DNA from: Eledone cirrhosa
Taxonomy: Eukaryota
NCBI GenBank assembly: GCA_964016885.1
Contig: CAXHJY010001155.1
Location: 1 to 64,000, forward strand
Direction: 5' to 3'
Length of the DNA stretch: 64,000 nucleotides
A model generated the notes under the pieces. It had not been told where the DNA came from, ran no database searches, and worked only from the letters and a program-made list of their open reading frames with translations. How positions within the stretch are numbered: position 1 is the stretch's first letter; the number at the start of each line of letters is the position of its first letter. The position numbers were made by a program, and so were the translations under genes. This document shows, piece after piece, positions 53,285 through 64,000 of this stretch.

Positions 53285-53500
53285 TATTACACACACAGAA
53301 ATGTATATATATTTCTGTGTGTATATATATATATATATATATTACACACACAGACATGTGTATATATATCTGTGTGTATATATATATATTTCTGTGTGTG
53401 TGTATATATATATATATTACACACACAGAAATGTATATATATTTGTGTGTGTGTATATATATATATATATTACACACACAGAAATGTATATATATTTCTT
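53285..53500. repeat. Tandem array of palindromic units
   Basis: About 4 units of ttacacacacagaaatgtatatatatttctgtgtgt-(at)n. Confidence 0.8.
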
Positions 53501-53617
53501 AGAACAAAATTATTATTAATGTTTTGCTGTTCATAACAATTGGAATTGAAAAATTACTTTTGAAATTATTATTAATTTTACTAATGCTTAGATATGTAAA
53601 AATGAAGCAATGTTTCT

Positions 53618-53810
53618 AATAATTGTTTCTACTTTTGGCACAAGGCCAGCAATTACCCAGTACATTACTGGTACTTTATTTTATCGACCCTGTGAGGATG
53701 AAATGCAAAGTTAACCTCGGTGGTATTTGAACTCAGACCGTAAAGGGACGTCACTCCATGCTATGAAGCATGGTGACCGACTCTCTACAGATTCTGCCAA
53801 TCCACCGCCC
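53618..53810 (-). mobile_element. SINE family 1
   Basis: Reverse complement of the consensus, ending ctgccaatccaccgcc. Confidence 0.85.
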
Positions 53811-53814
53811 TAAT

Positions 53815-54085
53815 GTCTGTACGTAATGAGGGAGCGAGAGGGGAGAGAAAGAAAGGCAGAGGTGAAGTGACAAAGTGGCTCTCTCCTCCTCATCCATCTC
53901 CCCATTCGTCACAGCGATAGAGGGGAGGAATGTTAGTGTGTTACAAAGAGAAAGAGTGAGAGTGAGAGAAACAGACAGACTAAAAGAGAGGGATAGCTGG
54001 AGAGAGAGAGATAGCAACCACGCGCGCACGTGTTTCCACTGTCGGACAGACAGACAGAGAAATTGCTGGTTATATATTATAAGGA
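53815..54085 (-). mobile_element. Helitron B 5'-end fragment
   Basis: cgcacgtgtttccactgtcggacagacagacagagaaattgctggttatatat is identical to 40943-40995. Confidence 0.6.
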
Positions 54086-54577
54086 GATAGCCAAGTTGGT
54101 TAGAAACATAGAAAATGACTTTCATTACAAACATAGTAAGGAAAGGGTTAACCACACAGCCATACCTGCTTCAATAAGAGTTCCACTTAGTCTTTGACAC
54201 TAATTCCTTCTTGTTTTATTAACTTCTTTGCTACTGTAGATCATACATTCCAAGGCAACAGCAACATGAACAACTGCCACAACAACAGCAGCAACCACAA
54301 CAACAAGAATAACAACAACAGCCACAACAACAACAACAATAGCAGCAACAAGAACAACAACCAGTTCTATTTAGATCAATCAGTCTACTATTATCTTCCT
54401 TTCCATGATACATTTTTAATTTTTTTCAATTTTAACTATCTTATCACTAAATCGCGTAAAGCTGTAAAATAGTTTTTCTTTTCGTTTTTTGTAAAATATT
54501 ATTGTTAGTATTATCATTATTCTTGTTGTTGTTCTTGTCATTATTATTATTACTTAAGTTTCTTTATTTTTTTGTAG

Positions 54578-54643
54578 CAACACAATCGGCTTTGTCTCAC
54601 ATTAAGTATTCTACTCTTTCGAGCTATTTTTGAAAGAGAATGA
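54578..54643 (+). CDS. Candidate terminal coding exon (QHNRLCLTLSILLFRAIFERE*)
   Basis: Branch-like cttaa and strong tract tttctttatttttttgtAG. 21 codons then TGA, in phase with the 16778-16866 exon. Unique AT-rich UTR and AATAAA at 54848. Confidence 0.45.
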   Translation, partial: QHNRLCLTLSILLFRAIFERE

Positions 54644-54847
54644 CATCACAGGACTATGGAAAGATAAAGACGAGGCAAGACTAAAGAAAGATAAAGACAA
54701 CACAATGTTTTATTTAGTCATAATGTCCTGTACTACATGAAACCACATTAGCAAGACATTCTTGTAACGTATACAATAGCATTATGACTGTATCAGATTA
54801 AAAAAATTGTGGTCAACACTGTACATTTTCACAACAATCCATCCACC

Positions 54848-54853
54848 AATAAA
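54848..54853 (+). promoter_or_regulatory. Candidate polyadenylation signal
   Basis: AATAAA about 205 nt after the candidate stop codon. The hexamer is common in AT-rich DNA. Confidence 0.3.
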
Positions 54854-55369
54854 TGTACTATAAATATTTGAATTAACAAACATGGTTTTAAATATTTCCT
54901 ACTAAATTATTGCAGGAAGTTAAGAGAGAAATTGTTTCAAAGAAAACCACCATGGTCTCACTTTGCTTGATGCCATTACTGTTGGTCTGAGTTAAAATCC
55001 TGCTATGGTCAAATTTGGGTAGGTAGGGATAGGATCATTAAAATAAAGTACCACATAAGTACTAGGGTCAATATATTCGACATTACTCACCCCAAAATTG
55101 TTGGCTTTGTGCCTGACTTATAAACATAATTATTGAGGTATAATTTATGGGTTCTTCCATAAAATTATAATAAAAATATTTTTTAGATAAATATAAACAC
55201 TTCTAAATAAAGAGTTGCAGGTGTTTTGATGTAAAAAGAGTTAAAGCAATGCCTCTGAATATAAAAATAGATATAAAACTAATGCTTTTATATATATATA
55301 TATATATGGCCGTCTAACCCATGCTAGCGTGGAAAATGGATGTTAAACGAAGATATATATATATATATT

Positions 55370-56722
55370 TCTCGAAGATCGAGTTGGAGCATGAGTGCAT
55401 TAGAACTCCTAGAATAAGAACTCAAGAAAGCTGTTAAAACAGCAAAATGCAATTTAAGATAGTAAAAAGTCCATCGTCACGATAAATTCCACTGCGAAGT
55501 TGAGGAATTCAAAATAAAAATACCGATTTAAAGAATTTAAAAAAAAATACCAATCAAATCAGTCAATTGCGATGAATTGGAAGCACCCATTGTGATATCA
55601 AAGTTGTTGGAAGTATCAGCTCTAGTCCAGTATTCATTGTTGAATTCTAAGATGGTTTTTCTTGCAGTGAGAATGATGTTAAGTTCATCTGTGGTGATGT
55701 CAGAATATTTAAATCCGAAATTAGAGAATTGTTGAGAAGTGAAGGCGAAATAGAAGAATAGTAGCTGGCAATATCAAATTGAATAAATTTTTGTTTGTTT
55801 TTCTTATTCAGGTTGTTGAACCAGCCAATTACTTCAGATGTACCAAACCATAAATTTAAGTTAGAAATAGAGCAATTAGAACGAACTTGTGGGATAATTC
55901 TATCCAAGATGGCTTTACTAACAACCCCCAGATCAGATTTAGAGGGGGGTTGTTAGTAAAGCAGGTAGTTCCGTTCAAAAATTACTTTTATGATCCTTGA
56001 GATTTATCCTCGGAGTTCTTGGGAGGAATGGTTCGGTCTTTTTTTCAATGCCAAGTTTTGACATAATCTCAGAAGCTTCAAAGTTCATAGATTCCAAATT
56101 GTCATGGTTAGTTTTACGATAGTTCTGCCTTAGTTCATTAAGGATAAGGTTATTATAGTTATCCCTAGATACACCATATAAATTATTAGTTTTGTCGGAG
56201 TGGACTAAGACATTTTTAGAGGAATTAAGGTTTAAAATCGTATTCCTGAGATTTACAAGGTGCTCTTGTCCTCTGTAAGGGTTTCTCTTGAATTTAATAT
56301 TTCTTATAATATTAGTTAATTCTTCCTCGAACTGCACTAGATTTTTGTTGGAAGGAGGATTTCTTCTAGAGTTAAATAAATGATCAAGAAAGTTATGTTC
56401 CTTAGTATAGAAATTTCCTTTTTGGCGCTGGTCGTGGAAAAAAGCTATCCATCTAAGCCTTCTCATAAAGGAGTCAGTTTTTTCAATCAGAAGTTTGGTG
56501 AATTCAGATTCACCAGGTATAGGAATGTCTTTAGTTGAAGTGGTTATGTTGTAATAATCCATGTTGTAGAAGAAAAATGAAAGACCATCAAAAGGTAGCC
56601 GATATGAGGGTTAGTGCTCAACCATTAAGGAGCAAGGTAATGTAGGAGGTGAGTTTTATCGTAGCACAATAAAGCAATGCAAATATCGGATAAGTAGCAC
56701 TCTACAATTTGTAGGACAGGAG

Positions 56723-56725
<3 letters not shown>
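55370..56725 (-). mobile_element. Penelope-like element 5' half (N-terminus and RT to YRDD), frameshifted
   Basis: STKDIPIP..LIEKTDSFMRRLRWIAFF..SDKTNNLY..LKDHKSNF, FIQFDIASYYSSI, FDITMGAS and GIYRDDGL (55468-55490). Bounded by (TA)n. Confidence 0.88.
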
Positions 56726-56819
<94 letters not shown>

Positions 56820-56821
56820 AT

Positions 56822-56855
<34 letters not shown>

Positions 56856-56938
56856 ATATATAATATATATATATATATATATAATATATATAATATATAT
56901 ATATATATAATATGTAATATATATAATATATATATATA

Positions 56939-56969
<31 letters not shown>

Positions 56970-57010
56970 ATATATATATATGTATATATTTATATATATA
57001 TATAATATAT

Positions 57011-57198
57011 AATTGTCTCTACTTTAGGCACAAGGCCAGCAAATACCCAGTGCATTACTGGTACTTTATTTTATCGACCCCGTAAGGATGAAAGGCAAAG
57101 TCAACCTCGGCGGGATTTGAACTCAGATCGTAAAGGGACGTAACTATGCTGGAAAGCATGGCGTCCGACCCTCTACCGATACTGCCAATCCACCGCCC
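57011..57198 (-). mobile_element. SINE family 1, young copy inside a (TA)n array
   Basis: Full consensus from the ggcggtggattggcagtatcgg head to agagacaatt. Confidence 0.9.
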
Positions 57199-57342
57199 TT
57201 TATATATATATATATATAATATATAATATATATATATATAATATATATATATATATATAATATATATATATTATATATATATATATATAATATATATATA
57301 TTATATATATATATTATATATATATATATATATATATTATAT

Positions 57343-58467
57343 TTCCACCAACGAGCGTATTTTCAATGACCATTCCACTTATTACAATGAAGCTCTTGCT
57401 CGAAGTGGATTTGTCGATAAGCTAGCATATACAGAGTACGAAAATAGACCTAGAAGAAATAGATCCCGTCGCATTTGTTGGTATAACCCACCATATAATA
57501 TGGAGGTGGCCACATCATTAGCTAAGATCTTTCTTTCCCTTATTACGAAGCATTTTCCCCCTACACATAAATATAGTAAAATTTTTAATAGAAATACTAT
57601 TAAAATTTCTTGCATATAACATCACAGCTTCAAATTTAGCTAAACTACCTAGCCGTAGGAACACGTGCAACCCTGTAGTTAGTACTAACTGTAATTGTAG
57701 GAATCGGGTTGATTGCCCCCTATCCGGGAAATGCCTCTCTAGTAACATTCTCTATAAATGTAAGGTTGCAACACCCACGTCCCGTAGGGCCTACATAGGG
57801 TTAACCGCCAATAGTTTCAATCAGCGTCTTTACATGCATACCCATTCTTTTCGTTACCCTCTAAGAAGGAATATGACGTCACTTTCAGCTTATATCTGGA
57901 ATCTAAAAGACAACCACACCCAATATAAGTTACACTGGGAGATCCTAGCTAGGGCTAGATGGTATAACGGAAATAAAAGACCATGTGACCTCTGCGCCGC
58001 TGAGGTCCTGGAAATACTCTACGCCAAAGACCACATCTTAAACAAAAAATCTGAGGCAATTTTGGCTTGTAAACATAAATTGCACAAAACTTTCCTGTAT
58101 TACAGCCCCACGTTATACCCTAACGGATAGTACGATCTATACGTGGATATTTTACGTCTTGATGTGGGAGCTAAGTATATGTTTTGTTTATACCATTACT
58201 TATTTGCATAGCGAATGTTTCCACGAACCAAAGTATCGTCTTCCTGTCTTCCTCCGGTTGCAACGTTTTTTGAAATATCCACTTCTGCGTTTACAGATTG
58301 ACTTTGTTAGTTTCAGAAGATCCCGTTAAGGGTGAAAGCAGCGATTCTTTGCTTAAACTTTAATCTGTTATTTTAATAAATATTTGCTCTACGGTTCTTA
58401 TATATTTGATATATATTTATCCTTATCGAGCCCTCTTTGGATTTTAGTCTTCAAATTTATTATTATT

Positions 58468-58472
<5 letters not shown>
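57343..58472 (+). mobile_element. Penelope-like element 3' half (RT thumb, CxC linker, GIY-YIG endonuclease) and pseudo-LTR; Hydra-clade-like
   Basis: YNEALARSGF..RRICWYNPPY..KHFPPTHKYSKIFNRNTIKIS; CNCRNRVDCPLSGKCL..ILYKC..YIGLTANSFNQR..H..SLSAYIW..CDLCAAE..LNKKSE..CKH, stop at 58130. Non-coding tail runs to (TA)n. Confidence 0.88.
58294..58368 (+). ncRNA. Variant-core type I hammerhead ribozyme candidate in the pseudo-LTR
   Basis: agttt-CAGAAGA-tccc-gttaa-gggt-GAAA-gca..tgc-TT-aaact, with distal stem I acagattga/ttaatctgt. Confidence 0.6.
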
Positions 58473-58507
<35 letters not shown>

Positions 58508-58526
58508 TCATATAATATATATATAT

Positions 58527-58557
<31 letters not shown>

Positions 58558-58651
58558 CATCATATAATATATATATATATATATATATAATATATATAAT
58601 ATATATATATATATAATATATATATATATAATATATATATATATATAATAT

Positions 58652-58714
<63 letters not shown>

Positions 58715-58722
58715 TAATATAT

Positions 58723-58818
<96 letters not shown>

Positions 58819-59189
58819 TATACATATATCCCTTTTCCCTGTCACTTCACGTCTCATTGAACAAAATAGTAGTACATTAGTGAGGAATTAACACAGTATT
58901 CCATTATGGCACGGATGTACCAAAATATTAAACAACCCAAAGATTAAGCTAAATGGCACTTACATACCTTTAATTAAATGTTATGTCCAGGTAGTAGTGG
59001 CAGGAAAAGGATTAGAGAAACAGTATAAGGAGAAAAGTACAAATTCTTGAAAGTAAAGTAATTAGGACAATGGGAACATCAAGAACAACTGTATTGATTT
59101 ATCATTATCTTCATTATTACCATCAGTGTAATACTATAACGATAATGATAATGATAATAATAATGGCTTCCTTATATGTTCTTAATAAT

Positions 59190-59445
59190 AACGGTTTCTT
59201 TTATAGGCACAAGGCCAGCAATTCTTTTGGGGAGAGGAGTAAGTCGATTAAATAAACCCCAGTGCATTACTGGTGCTTTATTTTAACAACCCAAGTGCAT
59301 TACTGGTGCTTTATTTTATCAACTCCGTAGGGATGAAAGGGAAAACTAACCTCGGCGGGATTTGAACTCAGAACATAAAGGGCCGTAACAATATGCCACG
59401 ATGCATGGTCTCTGACAGTCTACCAATATAACCAATCCACTGCCT
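59190..59445 (-). mobile_element. SINE family 1 with an internal 33-bp duplication
   Basis: agtgcattactggtgctttatttt occurs twice; B-box ggatttgaactc. Confidence 0.8.
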
Positions 59446-59574
59446 TAATAATAATAATAATAATATATGCACATATCTCATGAATACAGAAGTGCACCAT
59501 GTAATGGAAAATGAGGAAATAATAATAATAGTTTCTACATTCTACAGTAATACAGAGTACCCGACCTCCCATGG

Positions 59575-59885
59575 GTACAAGCTGAAGCATATAGACAATA
59601 TGCCCCAACCACCTCCCACTGCAAAGTGGTCGTGGAGGTGCCACGCCAAAAAAGCACCCAGCCCACACTGTAAAGTGGACATGTAGGCGCCACGGAAAAA
59701 AAGCACCCAGCACTCACTATAAATGAAGTTGGTGTTAGAAAGGGCATCCAACTGTAGAAATCAAGCCAACATCAGTTCCTGCATGAGCAAGCCATGGTCA
59801 GCCGACCAGACACTGTCCTCAACAGGACAACCCATCTAACCCATGCTAGCATGGAAGAACAGATGTAAAACGGTGATGATGATGA
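59575..59885 (+). mobile_element. RTE tail or family-2 SINE body
   Basis: ccactgcaaagtggtcgtggaggtgccac..aacccatgctagcatggaag..(gat)n; a related minus-strand copy lies at 9655-9965. Confidence 0.75.
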
Positions 59886-60104
59886 TTATTTTGCACAATG
59901 ACAGCAATTTGAAGAGGAATGTTAATTAAATTGACCATGTTGTATTACTGGATCTTTATTTTATGAAACCTGTAAAGATAAAAGGCAAAGCTAACCTCGG
60001 TGGGATTTTAACTCAGAACATAAAGGGATGTAACTATATGCCACAAAGCACGTTGTCCAATGCTCTACAAATACTGCCAATCCATTGTCCTTGAGGAAAC
60101 AATA

Positions 60105-61110
60105 ATAATTAAAAAAATTATGACATTAATGATTTCTTTTATTGGCTCCCAAGAGATCAAGACATTGCGGATGATACAAGGACAAAAGAAAACAACACAG
60201 TGTGGGGTTTACATTGAGTGAAGGAAAGAGGAGATCACTAAAGAGAAAACAGAAGGAATAACAATAAAAGAAATTTTAAGAAATACACACAACAACAGAA
60301 GACAATAACAAATGCCAACATGAACCAGTTCCCCAATAGTGGGAAGAACTGCACTTTAGGGTAATACCAGAGAAAACCCCAAACAAAAGCCTGGGTTACT
60401 CTATTGTTACACAGGCATTGAAAGTACCCTCTCCCAGTTTCCTTCCTACTGCTTAGAAAAGCAGGGTCAGAGTAAGTCCATTCAGCCATGTCAATCTCAC
60501 CACTCCCGCTCATTAACACACTAGAAAGCAGCACCTCTCCCTCTACCCTCACCTTCCTCCTCAAGTGAAACTTGAAGAAGTTGATCAGGGCTTGTCTGGG
60601 GAGGAAGATTTCTGCTCTCAATCCTTTTAGGTGGGTCCACCAAACAGGTACCTTTGCCATAGATACCAGGCAGAGGAAGAAATACCACATATCTCTTCTA
60701 AAAGGTGGCGGTGGTTCAATTTTCACTATAGACCTGGCTAGTAGTTGAATCTGTCCTACACATAACAGTTATTGTTTGATACAACCCCACAACTCTGCAA
60801 TGCATGAACACTTGGCAATAGCATGCAGGAAGGTTTCATTGCCCTGAGTGCATCTTAGACAGGTCCAGCTGTTCTCACTTCCTGCCTGAAGAGTTTGTTT
60901 TAAACTGGTAGAGCCTGTCTGTAGCGCTACCTTGCCAAGGATTTTTGAAAATTATCCATAATCCCCAGCCTGAAAGTCCTCCAGAAGAGCCTGTTTGGAT
61001 TGTCCTCATTAATGCCCAGAGCGACTTCCAGGCCATCATCACTCATACCTTCCCCTAACCCTCTATAGAACACAAGCGTTATTTTCTGGTGATCTATCAC
61101 ATTGTTCACT
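60105..61110 (-). mobile_element. Tx1-clade LINE 3' fragment, older
   Basis: FYRGL..LFWRTFRLGIMDNFQKSLAR..CLRC..ETFLHA..IEPPPPF..VWWTHLKG..FFKFHLRRKVRVE; ends AATAAA-gaaatcatta. Confidence 0.8.
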
Positions 61111-61136
61111 TGGTAAAGTGCTATGAGCATTCTAAA

Positions 61137-61235
61137 TGATGATGGTGGTGATGATGATGACGATGGTGATGGTGGTGATGATGATGATGGTGGTGGTGAT
61201 GATAATGATGGTATTGGTGATGATGATGGTGGTGG

Positions 61236-61267
<32 letters not shown>

Positions 61268-61275
61268 ATGATGAT
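61137..61275. repeat. (GAT/GGT)n trinucleotide repeat
   Basis: Seen directly; source of the D/G-rich ORF 61123-61362. Confidence 0.9.
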
Positions 61276-61509
61276 ATAAAATCTGATCATCAGTTTAGAC
61301 TAAGGAAACAATGTTTCCATTCGTGTTCAATTGCTAATACTATCTACCAGCCACAACCCTAGGCAGAAGCAACAATGTGAAATAAAGTATTTTGATCAAG
61401 AACACACGAGACCAGGAATCAAATTCATCACCTTATATGATTGTGAGTCCAACACCCTAATCGCTAAGCCATGTGTGGACTCCTTAACCACACATACCTG
61501 CATATGTCT

Positions 61510-63290
61510 AATAATAATAATAATAATAATATTAATAATAATAATGCTTTCTTTATTAATCACAAGGGTTGACACAAAGTATAATATTAAGGACAGCACA
61601 GGACAATACAAATGGGCATTTCTGCGCGTAAAAAAACAAAAACAGAGTGTGACAAAAGGAAACAATGAAAAATTCCCAATAGTGGGGAGACCTCCAAGGG
61701 TTATTCGTGGAGAAAGCCCACAAGAAAAGCCACGGTTACCCTGACCGCTAGGGCAAATGGCCTCTTCCAGTTTTCCTCCCACAATGCTACAGGCACACGC
61801 TCAGGATAGACCCATGCACACGGGCCATTCTTGACTCTCTCACCCACCTTTGAACAAACTGGCTGGAGGTCAGCACTTCCTTCTCCACCCGGATTTTCCT
61901 CTTCAGGTGAAACCTGAAAAAGTTAATGAAGGCGTCACCGAAGAGGAAAGTACCAGTCCTCAACCCTTTCAGACGTGTCCACCATACAATCTCTTTTACC
62001 ATGGCCACCAGGCAGATAAAAACTGCCTGCCCTTCTCGGCTAAAGGAAGGCGGTGGGGCAATCTTCACGATGAACTCAGCTGATAGCTAGATCCGTTCTA
62101 CACGTGACAGCAGGTGTTCAGCATAAACCCACAAGTCAGCAATGCTTGGACATTGGACGAGTGCATGCAGGATGGTTTCATCAACCTGTGCACATCTCGG
62201 ACAGGCTCGGCTGATGGCACTTCCATGCCTGTAGAGTTTATCCCGAACTGGCAGGATCCTCGGTAGCACTGCCAGGCCAGGGATTTCTGGAAGTTGTCCA
62301 TGGGCCCTGGCCTGAAAGTTCTCCCGAAGAGATTGGCTAGTCAGTTTTCGTCAATGCCTAGAGTCTCCGCAAGGACGTAATTGCCCTTTCCTTCCACTAA
62401 TCCTCTATAGAAAGCCAAGGTGGAGTTCCCAGTGATTGTATTGCTCGACTGGTTGAAGGCTGTAAGCGCCTGAAGACATTCTAGTCTCCAAGCCCTTCCT
62501 CTCGGTCTTCGCTTGACCCAGGACTGCATCGCTGCCAAAGAGACAAGCTGGGGAAACATGTGTCTATCAAAGGGCGACCGCACCTGATCACCGTCGAGGA
62601 AGAGGTGGATATGCCGTAGCCTGAGCGCATGTCTGCGCATCATCAGCCACGGCATGCCCAGCCCTCCGTGTAGCAGGTGTTGACAGCAGATGGACCGCCT
62701 GACCATTGGAGCATGTCCCTTCCACAAAAAGCAAAAGAGCAAACGCTCCAGTGCAGTCAGGGGAGGCTTAGGACAAGGTTAGGCGGTAGTGGATGACGGA
62801 CGCGATGTACGCATTCGCCACCTCCGCTCGACCTTTCAGGGATAGCTTCCTCTCAGCCCATTTCTGGGTGAGAGAAAACACCTTGCTCGTGACCTCCTGC
62901 CAGTGTTTGTGCATCTGGAGGTCCGGACCGAACCAGACTCCTAGCAATTTAACCGGTCTGTCCAGCGCCCGACAATGCTGTTGGGCGGCATGGACCTGCT
63001 CTCCAGGTGCCAAGTTGCAGGCCTACTGATTTTTCCTGGTTGATCATTGCTCCAGTCACTACCTTGTATTCTCTTAGTGTGGTGCCGATTGCCTCGATGT
63101 GTTTGGTGTTCGACACCACTACGGTGATGTCGTCTGCATAAGCTGACACTGTTCTTCCGCATCCTAGTTCATGTGGGATCCCCCTCAATGTCTCCAGTTT
63201 GTGCAGTAATGGCTCAAGAGTCAATACGTACAACAAGGATGAGAGAGGACATCCCTGGCGGATGGAGCGCATGATGTTGAATGGTTCCGA
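61510..63290 (-). mobile_element. Tx1/L1-clade LINE, 5'-truncated in RT, with zinc finger, UTR and (TTA)n tail
   Basis: SIRQGCPLSSLLYVLTLEPLL..SAYADDITV, LLGVWFG..RKLSLKGRA, FLWKG..GGLGMP and CPRC..ETILHALVQC; AATAAAgaaagca-(tta)n. Confidence 0.92.
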
Positions 63291-63755
63291 ATAATAATGC
63301 TTTCTTTATTAACCAGAAGGGTTGACAGAAAGTATAAGATTAAGGACAACACAGGACAGTACAAATGGGCATTTCTGCGTGTAAAAAACAAAAACAGAGT
63401 ATGTAACAAAAAAGAAACAATGAAAAATTCCCCTGACCACAAGGGCCAACATATAGGGGACAATAACATAGATGGGGACAGTGGGGCTTTTACACAAAAA
63501 TCGAGTAAAAAAAATAGGAAAACAATAACAATAAACAAGAAAAATACAACAATGAAAATTCCCCAATAGGAGGGGAGATAACTACCCAGGGTTGATTCAT
63601 GTACCCCACCCATCCTGAACCACCTGACGCTTCAAGGGCACCTGGGAAGGGTACCCCTCTCCTCATTAAATTCACCAGCCTACAGGCTCATGATCAGAGT
63701 AGGCCCACTCACACAGGCCATTCTTGCCACATTCACCCACCTTTCAGCAAATGTA
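63290..63755 (-). mobile_element. Second Tx1 3' end directly abutting the first
   Basis: 63293-63420 is near-identical to 61543-61660 (taatgctttctttattaa..aacagag). Confidence 0.85.
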
Positions 63756-63767
63756 TGATTATTATTA

Positions 63768-64000
63768 TGGCGGCCGAGGTTGACTTTGCCTTTCATCCTT
63801 ACGGGGTCGATAAAATAAAGTACCAGTAATGCACTGGGTAATTGCTGGCCTTGTGCCTAAAAGTAGAAACAATTATTATGGCGGTCGATTGGCAGTATCA
63901 GTAGAGGGTCAGACGCCATGCTTTGCAGCACAGAGTTATGACCCTTTATGATCTGAGTTCAAATCCCGCCGAGGTTAACTTGGCCTTTCATCCTTATGGG
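63768..64000 (+). mobile_element. Two tandem family-1 SINEs (first lacks most of its head, second cut by window edge)
   Basis: atggcggccgaggttgactttg..agaaacaattattatggcggtcgattggcagtatc..gagttcaaatcccgccgagg. Confidence 0.85.

Noticed and set aside
61123-61362. Asp/Gly-rich ORF
   Set aside because: Translation of a (GAT/GGT)n simple repeat.

Overview
AT-rich eukaryotic DNA, saturated with microsatellites ((TA)n, (CA)n, (GAT)n, (AAT)n) and decayed transposable elements. The repeat landscape suggests an octopod cephalopod (inference from SINE/LINE character, not proven). Nearly all ORF-track entries are microsatellite or repeat artefacts. Supported content: RTE-clade LINE fragments of two families with their (GAT)n tails; two tRNA-headed SINE families; four clustered CRE-clade fragments with a restriction-like endonuclease (10.6-18.3 kb); Tx1/L1-clade fragments ending in AATAAA-(TTA)n; non-autonomous Helitrons, including a two-part composite present twice; piggyBac-like TTAA MITEs; and Penelope-like element (PLE) pieces embedded in (TA)n, with RT (YRDD) on the minus strand and GIY-YIG plus pseudo-LTR on the plus strand. 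Three hammerhead ribozyme candidates occur, one with a non-canonical CAGAAGA core. Two small unique segments (16778-16866 and 54578-54643, followed by AATAAA) look like in-frame final exons of an unidentified host gene, about 37.7 kb apart. Recurrent structural themes are fold-back palindromes and long (50-165 bp) direct repeats flanking retro-insertions. Boundaries of decayed elements are approximate.
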